The position numbers and the translations under genes were made by a program. A model generated the notes under the pieces. The model was not told the origin of the DNA. It saw only the letters and a program-made list of their open reading frames with translations, and did not search any database. Of a DNA stretch of 64,000 nucleotides, positions 47,601 through 61,542 are shown piece by piece. How positions within the stretch are numbered: the first letter of the stretch is position 1; each line of letters starts with the position of its first letter. Source of the DNA: Podarcis erhardii (lineage: Eukaryota). The stretch is from the NCBI GenBank assembly GCA_964252035.1, contig OZ176209.1, one strand, 5' to 3'.

Positions 47601-48723
47601 AAGCATATTGTTTTCCAGAACTCCGCCCTGGTAAACCCTGGTTTTGCTTAAGCAACAGTTGTGCAGCATAGCCTCTTTCTCTTAGTTAAGTGGCCAAATG
47701 TAGCATGGAAAATGAGGAGATGACATCTTATTACTTGCATTCTCTCTGCTCTTCTGCAGCAGCAACTTCCTCCTTAAGATCATTTCCACAGGCTGCTAGA
47801 GGACTCTCTGTGGTATATTTTGCTGGGCTCAGCAAGAACAGTGGTAACATCCCATCTTTTGGGAAACCTTATTGTGTATCTAATAATCTCACCAATTTAG
47901 AATTGTCATAAAGTGGTCATGTTAACTGGGGCTGTGTGAGTTGTTATAGCCAGATGTAAACAGGTAGGAGACTTCATTCAGTTTTGATATTACCTATTCC
48001 TGTAGTAATGACCAACGTTTAGGAGTGATTTAATTATATCTTTTTTTTAAAAAAAGTTAAATTCAGATATTATTAAAGCAATGCTTCCTGACATCCGTTA
48101 TAAACCCCCTTCACCCACAGGATGAACTCTATAAAACTTTCTCATAGCTAGGAATGTCCAGTTAGGAATGTCCAGTTAGTAGCTGCATCAAACTTTCAAA
48201 TGGATATCAGGCACCTGAAGGAGTTTCGGGAAACAGTTGTAGGCAACTATATTGGCTTCATGTGGAGGAAGCCATGGCACTGTTCAAGGCTGGTGCACAG
48301 CCACAGAGAGTAGTTTCAGTTCTAGAAATAGGTGAATTCAGGTATCAGCAGGAAAGCAGCACGGAAGAGCGAACAGTTCACATTAGGAATGTAGGATGTA
48401 GGCATCACATCAGGACCATGGACAGAGCACAGTAGGCTGTATGGAGCCTGGCAGACAGATGAGCATGTCTCAGAAAGAGTAGCTCACAAATGTAATCTGT
48501 CAATACTGATAAGTGTCTTGGAACACTACTTGTCACTTCTGGGTGTGGTATGGTAATGATGGCAGGATGCTGGGTGCTGCAGAGATTATGAAGAGCATTC
48601 CTTGCTATTCGAGGCAACTAGAAGGGAAGCAATCCTAGGGACTGGTGATCGTTGTGGTGGGGATTTAAGATGATTCTGTTACTTCTTTAGTGTAGGAATC
48701 TGTTCCACTGTGTTTTCTCATTA

Positions 48724-48949
48724 CAGTGGTACCTTGCATTACATACGCTTCAGGTTACACACTCCGCTAACCCAGAAATAGTGCTTCAGGTTAAGAACTT
48801 TGCTTCAGGATAAGAACAGAAATCTGGCTCCGGCGGCGCAGCGGCAGCAGGAGGCCCCATTAGCTAAAGTGGTGCTTCAGGTTAAGAACAGTTTCAGGTT
48901 AAGAACGGACCTCCAGAATGAATTAAGTACTTAACCCGAGGTACCACTG
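48724..48949. mobile_element. Tc1/mariner (Tigger-like) MITE, family A
   Basis: CAGTGGTACC TIRs, TA TSD, internal sequence shared with 6642-6883. Confidence 0.9.
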
Positions 48950-51900
48950 TACTGTTATCTGAGATATCCCAGGGACAAGAAACTTATGGGTCTTGGAATT
49001 ATTATTTTTCTCCAAACTTTTGACATGGTACTGAAGCAGTTTCTGCTCCTGCAACTATCTTTTCACTGAGGGAGAAAGTCTTAACTCTCATTTCACATGA
49101 ATTTTGGGCTCTTTAATAGATCTCCTTTGAAATTTAATAGACAAATCAGTCTAAATTATATGGGCTTATAGGTTCTGGAACCTATGTTCCAGGCTAGGGA
49201 AAGAGAACATGTGACCACCGAGACACCAACTGCCACGCTCACTGTAACTGATGGGAGTTGGTGTTCAACAGTATTTGGAAAGCAGCAAATTCCTCATCCT
49301 TATTCTAAACCATGATTTCTATCAATAGTAAGCCAATAAACTCTGCTTCATCTTGTGTGCTCTTGTGTGTTGGAGATATATTTCCATATTTGGGATTAAA
49401 TTTAAGCTTTGCACAATATAAATTGCTTATGTAAATTACATTAGACTATAGATGCCGTATTCATAAACCTTTTAATAACAGTATTCTGGAATTCATACCT
49501 TTGAAATATTTCATGAAAGTGCTCATTTTTAGGAAAGTGCTTAGGTTGGAAACGTTTTATTAATTCATGAACTATTACTTTAGGAGGCAGGTGTCACAAT
49601 TAAACTTGCGCTAACAATTTGCTGAAACACAGTGGATAGAACATTTTAAAAATTACTCTGATAGTTCAAGGGCAACCAGAATAAAAAATGGGTTTGCATT
49701 TCAATTATCAGCACATAGACATTTTGCTGAACTTTTGTCCTGGTTCTTCTTCACTGGCACCTATTTGAAGTCTACCTGGTTCATTTTTCATATTCCTCAA
49801 GGAAGGGTCAAACAGAACAGGAAGTAATTGGTTTGGGTGAGAAAAACACCTAGAGCTGGGTCAAATTGCAGTAGGCTTAGTTAAGTAAAGTTCCCAGACA
49901 TTTCATTAGTAATATGGGTGAAATTCTAGTAAAATCTGTTTAGGTCTGGTTGGATATGGGTTTATGAAGTCAGGCCATCCATTGGAAAAGATATTGCAAA
50001 AATATTACTTTCTATAAGTATTGCAGAGTAGCCATGACAAGTGAACTGTTTTCATCATCCCTGTGTCTATCAAAAGGTAGCTATCTCTCACCAAATTCAA
50101 TTGGCATTAGAGTTGAAGGAAGTAGCTAAAATATAGTTTAATAATGAAACAGTCTCCATTCCAATTAACACTGGGAACATGCTAATTGAACACTCTGCAA
50201 TCATTACTGATTTGCCTATTCTTCTTTTATGTTGTTTCATTTCTACCAAAATTTAACTTTTGATACTTCTTATTTTCTTCTCTGGCTCTAATTATTTTTT
50301 AATATATTTTGCATAAGTTTCTCTCTGAAGCTTTTTATACATGTCATTCATGCAGTCCAGCTCTGCATGACTGTGCAGAAGTAAACCCCACTAAATTCAA
50401 TGGGACTTACTCCTCAATGAGTGAATTTACTATTATATTACAGTTGATTTATTAATTGTCTTCTAAGTCACCGTCTCAAGACAATTCATACCCAAATGTT
50501 TAAAAATGCAAATACAATGAATGCATTTTTTAAAAAAGAAAACCAAAACCAAAATCCTAATGAGCAGACACTCATGGTAGAAAACCCATTTACTCAACCA
50601 GGACCTAACTGGAGTATCATAATAAACATATATATGTTCTGAAAATGAAAGAGATAGCCACTGTTCTGGCAACTGTTTCAGAGAGCTTCTTCTATAATTT
50701 TTTCCATATCTAATAGTTATAAAGCACCTGATAATCATCTTAGAGTTATTAGTGGATAGTTTGTAGCTATTAGTCATTGTATCCATTATATTTTAATGTT
50801 AAATAATGCCAAACACTTTTGTGTCAATCCCTCTGATTTTTTAAAAATAGATTACAACAATATCCTCTTTTGGCCTCATTTACTAGGCTAAATTGGCCCA
50901 CCTATTCTAATTCTGTGTCTGTCCAATACTCATTTTTATATGTCAGATGAAAACTGCAATCAGATAAAAACCAGGGAATTTCAACATTTTTTAAACTTTG
51001 GAAAACGTCACAGTTGTATCTGTTGTCTCAATCAATAGAATGATGGACTTAGCTCATGGGTATGTTATGCTTAGATTGCAATCTCTCTCCATTAGAGAGA
51101 TATTTTCAAAGCGTTTAGAACCTTCCATCCTACCTGAACCAGCAAGCATGGTTTAGAAAGTTTAACACCAATCCAAGGCATGAAATCATGGTGTAATGGG
51201 AAAATAATTTCTCTATAAACCTGCATCCTGTGCACAAACCATTGCTGGGCACATATAGAAATAACTGAAAACAAGCCTATCTTGTTGGCAGAAAAGCCAG
51301 AACTCCTTTCCCTTTTAGCAAGTGGTACCCACTTTTGGCATTGAAATCTTAACAGCACACCCAGCTTTAAACCTACCTGTGCAGGGACACATTGAGAATA
51401 GGCGATGGGTGAATCAAATCTTTACTATTGCAGCAGACTCCATAATGTAGTCTTTTGATTCTTCTCTTTTAAGAGTTTTCACCAAGGCAAGAGAAGTAAA
51501 TACAAATTTATTTCCAAAGGTTGGGTGAATCAGATTTCTTTGCAGATGTTGAGGCAGAGTGAGTTGATCTTTGTGGAGACTGGCCCATAACCAAGCTGGG
51601 GAGGTCCAGGAACTCAAACACTTTATTATAATATTGCTTTATTGATCGAAAGTTGCAAGGTTTAAACAGGTTTCTAATAACAGCACAAGGTAAAGTAACT
51701 TGGAAGCTTAGAAATAGCAAAGCTATCTTTTCTCACTAACAACTGAACGCAGCATAGATGAAGTTAGGTAAGAGATCGCTGAGCATACAGTCACTTTTCA
51801 GATTTAGCAGCATAACAGGCAATAGTAACTACATTGTGAAGAGAGCTCCATTTAATGACCTAAGCCAGATTCAAGCAAAATGCTGGACCCTATCCCTTTA

Positions 51901-53646
51901 CTTCATGTAATCAATCATGATGCTTGATTAAAAGAACCTTCAAAACAGTGCACACTCATCCCTCCCATCTTGAAGGACAAACACCCCTTCCTATGACAGG
52001 TCTTACTTAACTGGTTCTCACTAGCACTGGCCTTGAAGGACCTGCACTTGGTGTCAGTGCCTAGGAAATTCAACCTGGAGAGGTTCACAGCATCAACATC
52101 CCAAAAGGCTCTTGTTTATCCCATAGCTGCAGCCTTGGATACAAACACAATCATGCATTCATCTCTCTGCTCTTTTGCTGCTTTTCTTCTAGCTCATGCC
52201 ACTGAACTCTCAGTTCTTGTCTTTGTTCTTTTTCTAACTACCATCCAGTTGAGGACCCCTTTGTTGTCTCACACAGATCCATTCCTTTGTTCCCCTTAGT
52301 GGCCCATCACCCAGGTAATCACCTCATCTGTAAGCTAGCCTTGCTTATATTTTAACACTAACCCTGGATCCCAGGGTTTGAAAGGTCTTGGCATACAGCC
52401 TACTCCCTATACCCAAACTCATAACAATATTGTGGTGACGTGGGCAGTCCATGCTTAAGGTAGAATACAGCATAATTTAAGAATTACAGTCTTCCACAAC
52501 AATTTCTAACTGCAAAATTACATGCCTCCTTAAATATTTATAAACACTAGTGCTTATTAGAAAACATACTATTTAAAATTTTAATGCTTTTGATTTGAAT
52601 TGTGGATTTTATTCTTCATTCTTTGCAAAACGTAAAGTACCATTGTGCTTTGTAGAAGTTTGTTGCATGTTAAGACCTTGAGGTGAAAGACATTTCTCTG
52701 TGTGTGTTTTTCCTTCCGTCCTTTGGGGAATAAATTGTTTATATTGCCAGAAATTGTTAGTGCACATCAAACCATCATACAGAATACAAAAGCGTGTTAC
52801 TTGAGTCTTAATATGCCATGGCTAAAAAAGAAAGAACACTGGGAAGTAATTGTATTTGAGTTGCTTCATAATTTATTAAACACTTCCATTAAATGGTAAA
52901 GATGTATTGCATTCAAAGAACCATATGAGCCAAAGCAGCAAGGATAATAAAAGTATTCAAAGTTTTTAAACTATCAGTTTTAATTTGATATTCTTTCAAA
53001 AATGAAATGCTTAAGTATTCTCAGTTGGGCTAAATCCATCCTTGGTGATCTCTAGAAAGAATTGGCTCTCATAAATAGTGCCATTTTATGCTCAGATTTT
53101 AACAATAGATTTCTCTGTAAGTCTTTAGAGACTTTAATTGACAGGATAACATTTTATTCTTCGGTATAAATACAAGACTATGTGAATCCACACTAAAAGC
53201 ATGTAATGGTTTGGTCCAAAAGATGGTTGACAGCTTTGTGGGACTGAATTATCAGTTGAGTAGTTACTGGGCTACATCCAACAGCATTGCTCAGCTGATG
53301 TTGAGGTTTCTATCAATGGAAGAATGGGAAAACTAATTCCAGAGATTTCTGTTCTCTTGCTCCTCTCTTACACACACCTAAATATCATCTATAGGGTCCC
53401 CCAACACCCTGGAGCAGATCTGGGGAATGCAGAGACTGAAGGCAAGGGGGGGGTAGATGGTAATTGCTGCTTCCCCTATTTGTTGATGGAAGCACTACTG
53501 TCATCTGAGTTACATTGTGGAATACTATACAAACTACAGTTTCAAAGTTTAATCAACTGTAAATATTTGTCTTCATGCTTAGTACTACTGATACATAGAG
53601 TACATTTGGTAAAAAAAAGCAACTCTCATTTTTTGTTTCATTCTAG

Positions 53647-53797
53647 GTGCTTCAAGAAATGTAAAAGCATCTCCAGAGAAAGCAGAACTCTTTTTTCAGA
53701 AGCTAAGAAATAAACATGAATTCACAATTTTGGTGTCACTCAAACAAACTCGCTTAAATTCAGGTGTTATTTTTTCTGTTCACCACTTAGATCACAG
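53647..53797 (+). CDS. NELL2: NELL2 coding exon 3 (GASRNVKASPEKAELFFQKLRNKHEFTILVSLKQTRLNSGVIFSVHHLDHR)
   Basis: TTCTAG acceptor, CAG|GTAGGT donor, 151 nt. Matches NELL2 'FFQKLRNKHEFTILVTLKQTHLNSGVILSIHHLDHR' in the TSPN/LamG domain. Confidence 0.97.
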
Positions 53798-56600
53798 GTA
53801 GGTGCAGATACCTAATATTTATTGTTTTTTGCTGGCATGCTGAAATGTGAAATAAGATTAAAATAAACCAGAAAGAGAAACCTGAGATTAATATGCAGCA
53901 TAACCCAATGCATTTATACTCAAGAGGTAAACCCCACTGAGTTCAGTGGGACTTACTTCCAGGTAAAAGTGTATAGGACTGCTGCTTTATGCTGTGATAC
54001 TAAGCATATCTATGTAGAAATGAATTTTGTGGAAGCAGATTGGAGTCACTTTCCACTAATTATATGATTGGAATATTAGCTGACATATATGCAACACTAC
54101 TTGGAAATTACTGTGGCTCATATGACTGTGAATAATGTAAATAGATGGAAATTCACAAGTTAAGATCTATCAACAGATTATATAACTAGTATCTATCAAC
54201 AGCTGTCACCATTTAAATGTCTCCCACTGCTAAGGGCATAAAAAGTTTTCCTACCATTTGCCTGTCACACTACTGTGGATCTCATCCTTATCTAGTGTAA
54301 ATCAGCTCAACCTCATTGCCTGTAAAAGACCTGTGCTATTTCACAGCATCTGTTGCCTTACCTGTGTGCCTTCTTACTATTTGCCTCACTTTCAAACAGT
54401 GAAGACTATCCAAGGTTACAGAAATAACAGCGATAGTAATAAATGGAAAAGCAATGCTGTTTGGTTTAAGGAAAGCAATGCTGTTAGGTTTAAGAGACTA
54501 AACTATGTGACCTGAGGGCATTTGAGAATGATTTCATCATGATACGACAAGAAAATTGTTGTCACAGTTAAAAGAGGTGTTATTAAGATTGTTACGCATC
54601 TGCTGCAGCTGCTGAAATAGTCAACATATGACCCTAGCAAAGAATTGTCAACAATGATCCATGAAACGATATGAATTTTCAACTCAAACTTCAAGCTCCT
54701 ATAGCATCTCATTGAAACAAATGGGTTTTGCTGCCATTAAGTAGCATATGATTGGCAACTGAGCTTTCATTGCTGTAATAGGGACATTTTCATTCTTTCT
54801 AACAGACTATGGGAAAGTTAAACTACCTTTAACTATGGTAGGGATGGTGTATACCTTTTATGTTATTACTGTTGAACAACTTTATATTGTATCTCACAGG
54901 GATTATAATGATTGTTAACATGGTAATTTTAAATTAAGTGTTAAAAGCTCCTTAGAGTGCCTCTTAAATTTATGTTGTCAATTGTACATGCGAAACAAGA
55001 GGAACAATGGCAGAACCTTTCTAAGAAGCTGTTTTTGTAAGAATTCAAGTCATTTGAAATTGGTACAGTTGGTTTGGCTAGAACTTTGTACATGCTTACG
55101 TAAGCAGATGCCTGAAGATATAGAAAGTTTTTCATCACAGGTCCATATCATATTTAATAACATTTTAGCATCTTTCAGATAATGCAGAGTAGCAGTGAGC
55201 TCGAAAGGCACACCACATCCAACATAGCTGGGACTATTATAATCCCAGAAAGAAGATGGTCATGGTATAGGGATACTTTGGGCTTTAGCGGCACATCCTG
55301 AAAATATTATTGGAGTTTTATTGAATTTTCTTGGTGGGTTAAATTTCTCAATTCAGTCCCTCAAAGAATTAAAACAAATATTCAGAACATGCTCCTGTAG
55401 AGGTTTAGGCACATGATTTGTCTGATTTCTACTCAGAGGTAAGTGTCATTGACCTCAAGGAGGCTTACTCCCAGGTAGGTATGCATAGTAGGAGTAGGGA
55501 ACCTCAGGCTCAGGGTTGAATGTGGTCCTCCAGGCCTCTCCATCTTGCCACAGGCCACACCACTATGAATCCTTTTCTGTGCCCTCTTTGAATATTTGTT
55601 CTTGCTTGGAAAGCCACTTGCCGTGTGGATGGAAGATAGAGATGTGCGTGTGTATAAATCTGTGACTTTTGTTTGTTTGGAATATAGCCTGCTGTACAAA
55701 GGTAAAAGTTGGAATAGAAACCAATATAGCTCACCTACTCCCTACCTGTGAATGTGAGTAACTCCCAGAGCAAAATGTTAGGTCTGCTGCCACCAGCCCT
55801 CTTGTTTTCTCTCTGTCCTTGAATCTCTCAAGTCAATGAGAGATTGATTTTATTTAGGGAATTGTGGGAGTTTCCGCTTCCCTTCAGGGATGGGTCCAGG
55901 GAATCTAGGCACAGTGGGGAGAACACGGTCAGTCATGTGGAGCCACAAATTCACATCAAATGTCAGCAAACCATTTTAAGAGAGTTTATGAAGAATAAGG
56001 TTAAGAAGACAAAAGGGAAAAGGCAGGACAGCTTATACAACAAAATAAATACACATTTTAAATAGAATAGAATAGCTGATGGGGAAGTTGTTTGAAAGTC
56101 AGCCTTGAGAACTCCAGTTCTTGCAACACCTACTGTACACTTTGGGCCCACCCACTTTGACATGCAGCCCCTGGAGACCACACCCACTTTGACCATGCAG
56201 CCCATGGGTAAATGTGTCCCTTGGCCTGAGAGAGTTTAGCTACCCTTGCTGTAGAGCTTGTAGACCTGGCTCAGCCCACTGTCTAATTATGATAATGTGC
56301 TTAAAAAATATATCTCCCAGTGGCCTTCTTCAGACTCTTACTGGGCTGGTTCCACAATATGTATGGTAGAGGTGTGGTTGTGTGCAATGCCCGTCTTACA
56401 TGGGTATAGTATGAAATGTCAAGTGGGCAGTTCACCTAAGGGCAGTATGTTCAACAGCCCATTTTTCTTTGTTTTGGGGTAGGAGCGGGAAAGTGTATAA
56501 ATCAGACCATAACACGTATGGGCTTTCATGTGCAACACCCATGTCACATGTGATTAAGAGGTGGGACACACCTGTATTCTCCTTCACTATGTGAGTCACA

Positions 56601-57034
56601 GGACAATTGAAGTAAGGGTCCAAACTGGACCTACATTCTCATGTGCACTAGTGTCAGATATGGGACAATTGCAAGCGGTTCAAAATATGGTAGCATAGAT
56701 GAAATTATAATTATAATAAGTTAGAAATTATAATTCAACAAAACAAGATTAGTATCAACAAGATTAGTATTAGTGTAAATCATATTATTAGGACGATGAT
56801 GGCAAGACAGACTACGCAGAAAGTCAGTCTTGCCATCATCGTCCTAATAATATGATTTACACTAATACTAATCTTGTTGATACTAATCTTGTTTTGTTGA
56901 ATTATAATTTCTAACTTATTATAATTATAATTTCATCTATGCTACCATATTTTGAACCGCTTGCAATTGTCCCATATCTGACACTAGTGCACATGAGAAT
57001 GTAGGTCCAGTTTGGACCCTTACTTCAATTGTCC
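56601..57034. repeat. Perfect long inverted repeat (208-bp arms, 18-nt spacer) in NELL2 intron 3
   Basis: 56601-56808 is the exact reverse complement of 56827-57034 (checked base by base). Spacer AGACTACGCAGAAAGTCA. Confidence 0.98.
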
Positions 57035-58386
57035 AAGTGAAGCTATAACATAAAAACTATGAATACAGCTTCTGATTAATGAAAGCATCTTAAGCTGTGT
57101 TGAATGAAATACGTTTTATTAGAATCTAACCAAGTACGATCTCTTAATTATATACAAATTAATGATTGCCACCAATTGCTCCTCTATTACACTGAACCAT
57201 GGAGTGTGAATCTATTATCCATTTTGTGTGATTTCCTCATTAATCTTTCATCTTGTTGTTCATGATAAGAGGTCATCAGTACTAATAAATGTTAATCCCA
57301 ATGCCCTAAGAAATCTTTGTGGATTTTGGTTTAAATAATGAGTGCAAATGGGTGAAGAACTTTTCCCTTCAGATGAGCAAATAAGAAAATGAGAAATTAG
57401 AAAAACTTCAAACATAGACTATATGTTTTGAGTTGAATACTTATTTTATTAAATGATGCTAGTCAGAAACAGTGAGCTCATTGAACTGCAAATGTGCTCA
57501 ACTTATGACTGTGCTTGTACAGTTTATTCATATCTACTGAAGGAAAAACTGAAGTAAATACTTGCTTTGGTATTTAGATACATGGTTACAGCAGAAAAAA
57601 ACAATATAAATATGTAAAAGGTTTTGGCGTAAAGTAGGGGGTAGATATCTAAAGTGTACAAGACCACTTGCTCCAAAATAAGTAAATAGATTTGGATTTA
57701 GAAGTGGGTATGATTTGCCATAGTCCTCATTATTTTCCTGCTGTTTCTGCTTCATTACCTGATCGCTTATAGTTTACAAGCAACATACCACAGCTACTTT
57801 ATTTATTACTTGAATCTTGTAAGTTCCATCCAAAGAAGTAACAATGACATCAATTTCTTTTTGTCTTTTTCATCTAATATTTTCTTATCACTCAGTTTTA
57901 ATAGCATAAGCATCAACCAGATTTCTTTAGTCATTTGGGCAACTGTTTGATCATTCTTGAACATTCTTGACACCGTGAGTAGTGGAAATGTGTTGAAGCA
58001 GTTAAAATAAGTATTTGTTTTCTGTTTAACCTTGTCAAGTTGGAATAACCCCAAATATTGGTTATAAAGCAGGTCATTAAATTGATGGATGTCCTGCTAT
58101 ATTTCTCTGGGTTTTTTCCAGGCAGCTAGGCTTCATTTAATTTTTAAAATTCTTGTCAGTGCACAAAATGAATTCTGGCAATATGGTGTAAATTATTCCA
58201 GTTTTTAAAACTTCCCATGAGCAAACACTTTAATGAGTTATATTTACCGGCCCACCTTCTGTATGAAGGTTCAGAAGTTACTCAGAATTTGCTGATGCAA
58301 CAAAAATATCATGGGTTCGGGCTAGATTTCACCTCTAGTCATCAGAAAGGCTCTTATTTATAGAAGGCTTTTGATTCAGTAGAATG

Positions 58387-58387
<1 letters not shown>

Positions 58388-58420
<33 letters not shown>
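58388..58420. repeat. (GT)n microsatellite
   Basis: Seen directly in the sequence. Confidence 0.95.
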
Positions 58421-58424
<4 letters not shown>

Positions 58425-58505
58425 TTTGCTGATCCCGCACACTCTAACACTGTTCTATGGCACCTAACCCTCTGGAACAGCATGGGAGGTGGTTCTGTGA
58501 CTCTA

Positions 58506-58856
58506 GGTAAAGGTAAAGGGACCCCTGACCTTTAGGTCCAGTCGTGACCGACTCTGGGGTTGTGGCGCTCATCTCGCTCTATTGGCCGAGGAAGCCGGCG
58601 TACAGCTTCTGGGTCATGTGGCCAGCATGACTAAGCCGCTTCTGGCGAACCAGAGCAGCGCACGGAAACGCCGTTTACCTTCCCACCGGAGCGGTACCTA
58701 TTTATCTACTTGCACTTTGACTTGCTTTTGAACTGCTAGGTTGGCAGGAGCAGGGACCGAGCAACGGGAGCTCACCCCGTTGCGGGGATTCGAACTGCCG
58801 ACCTTCTGATCGGCAAGTCCTAGGCTCTGTGGTTTAACCCACAGCTCCACCCACCC
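58506..58856 (-). mobile_element. Sauria SINE, full length, TSD TCTGTGACTC
   Basis: TSD at 58494-58503 and 58857-58866. CpG-rich body. Confidence 0.92.
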
Positions 58857-59689
58857 TCTGTGACTCCAGAGGGAAGGCCAAAAGTTATCTACCACCTCTC
58901 TACCAGCAGGAACATCTGCAGAGAGGAACTCTACTTAGATCATGCTCCCAGTAGTTGAGATACCCCCCCTTTAGCATTGTATTGACATTGTGTTTTAAAG
59001 AGAAAGTTTATTTATAAGTATAATTTATGCAGGTCAGACACGAAGCCAAATTGTAAAATTTCATTCTTTCAAGTTCTTGCTTAAAATTGTTCTCTAATGG
59101 TAGACTCCAGTCACATTTGAGGGTATATTAGAGTTTTGGAAAAGAACATGTAGAATAAAAAAATAGATCTTAGCAAATGCTAAGCTTGTGAAGATTTGCA
59201 TACTTTGCCTTCATCGGTTTTTGCCTGCATTGCATGGTTGTTGTTTTTTAGTAATCTCACTTCTGAACAAATCACCAGTTAGGAGAAATAGAATTCACTC
59301 ATCTGTAGACACTTTTTTGCCACTTTCTTTCTAGCTTCCATTTTTGTAAAAAGCAGCAGCAGCAGCAGCAAGCTACAGAATAATAATTTGGGGGGAAATT
59401 AAAAGCAAGTTTGAAAAATTAAATGAAAATATCAATCTTTTAAAAATAGTTCTCTCAAAGCTGAATTTCAGAAATGGAGTTCAAAAATCTTTGAAAATGC
59501 TGGAATATTGCTGAATTTTGGATTTTAAAAATTGAATTTTACTTCTGCTCTAGTATAAAGTTTTGAGCCAATAGAATTTCCATATTAAGCATCCATGAGA
59601 AAAAGCAACACAAGTAAAAGGGAAATGGAAGATGCAAAAACCTAGTCATGTCAAGTAAAAACAGAATAAAGGCTATTTAGGTGTGATTT

Positions 59690-59758
59690 CTGCATTTCAG
59701 GGGTTTGGACCATATTACCATTGGGGTCCCTTCAGACTCTATAATTCAATGATCCTAC
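59690..59758 (+). mobile_element. CR1-type SINE tail only
   Basis: TTCTGCATTTCAGGGGTTTGGAC...GGGGTCCCTTCAGACTCTATAATTCAATGATCCTA resembles the shared tail. No head recognised. Confidence 0.6.
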
Positions 59759-60878
59759 AAATTATCATTATTATTATTTCCTTTGTTCTTATGCTTGGTG
59801 GGGTAGGGAGCTGGATCTGGCTGCCAAATTCTGACTTTTCCAAACTAACCACTACCTCTATCATGGTATCAGGTGAAGTGTTTTCATTTGCCCTTACAGT
59901 TTGAAATCAAGCAGCACAGGCAGAGGAAAAGGGTTTTGCACATGCTGCTGACCAGTACCTGTGAACTGTGCTTTTGGTAAAGGGCTGCATCTTTATATGC
60001 CTGCAAGTGATATCATATATGATGTTAGGTGTAGGGCAAGGGTTGGGGGAAATGGCCTTTGAGATTAACTAGACCAATGGGTAGAAGATTCTGCACCTCT
60101 GCTTTAAATAGAAAGATTAGTTTAGGAGTCACTGATACTATTGCACAGCCATGATAATCCATGAATCTATATTATATTCAAGGGGTATAGGAGCTCATTC
60201 ACCATTCAGTCAGACTGAGAGGTGCATGTTTTTTGCACTGCTCCTGTAGATAATTCACTACTAGTTCATGTGAACACAATTAAAGGGGCTAGATTATTTT
60301 GTCGTAATGCCATATCTCTGTTGTTAGCGCTCAGAGTTATGAATAGTTCTGCTTAATTTTGCATTGTTTCACATGTTAATTTTAAATAAATTGATAATTA
60401 AGATGTGAAGAGTGCTTTGGCCTATTCTATCACTGTCTTGTTTTGTTTTATTAAAAATTGCCTTATTTCAATCCTTTTAAGATTGTGGTGATAAAAGAGG
60501 TAATTCAATTGGCATATGTTTTGTCAACTCTACTATTTTGTTTGCAGATATATATAAATTCAGTTGGTTTTGACTTCTTGCCAGTGCAATAAAAATTGGC
60601 CACAGAACAAAGAATTATTGCATGCATAACTTTTGTTGCTGACTTCAGTTAAGTGTTCATTAATACAGAGACTAGAGTGCTTTGAGACACCTTGAATGTT
60701 GAAGAGAAAATAAATGCACTTTGCTAGGTGTGCAAAACAAGTCAGAAATGCCTGAATTTTCCTGTTAGCTGGGAATGCTTCTTTGAAGAGAGAAGTGCAG
60801 AAATAAAAGAAAGGCATATGGTGCTGCTTTTCTAAGGAGATTTTTAACTATATATGTATATTTCAATAAAGGGAAATA

Positions 60879-61120
60879 CAGTGGTACCTCGGGTTACATA
60901 CGCTTCAGATTACATACGCTTCAGGTTACAGACTCCGCTAACCCAGAAATAGTACCTCGGGTTAAGAACTTTGCTTCAGGATGAGAATAGAAATCGTGCT
61001 CCGGCAGCACGGCGGCAGCAGGAGGCCCCATTAGCTAAAGTGTTGTTTCAGGTTAAGAACAGTTTCAGGTTAAGAACGGACCTCCGGAACGAATTAAGTA
61101 CTTAACCCAAGGTACCACTG
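60879..61120. mobile_element. Tc1/mariner (Tigger-like) MITE, family A
   Basis: CAGTGGTACC TIRs, TA TSD, internal sequence shared with 6642-6883. Confidence 0.9.
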
Positions 61121-61542
61121 TACAAATACTGGAATCAACAGGAATGTTGTTCCACAAAATGGGGGCTGTCACACTGAAAGCCTGTTGTCCGTAAAGAAAA
61201 CCCAACACATGGTGTCTTGCTCATATATAGGGGCTCTGCACGATGGAGGCATCTTCATGTATCATAATCATGGCAGAGGCTCTACTCAAAAGCAGGAGCT
61301 TGCTCATTGCATTTTCTTTACAGACAACTGTGCACAATGTGCTGTGGTTGGAGGAGGAAGAAGACATCACATCAGGGGAAGGGCTAAAAGTGGGACCCCA
61401 TCCAAGAGGCAACAAAATCATGCCTTCGATGTGAATAATGTATAAATTGGATTTTCTCTTGTTTCTGTTTATAAACCAGTATGAATTCTGTTTCCTCCTT
61501 ATTAACATTGCTTCATGAATTGATGATCCATTTCTGGTGCAG

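Noticed and set aside
53324-53713. 129-aa ORF overlapping exon 3
   Set aside because: Mostly intronic, and it reads exon 3 in the wrong frame.
56809-56826. Palindrome spacer as a residual sequencing adapter
   Set aside because: AGACTACGCAGAAAGTCA does not resemble the PacBio SMRTbell or Illumina adapters I know. An adapter-free chimera is still possible and is kept as an alternative in the finding.
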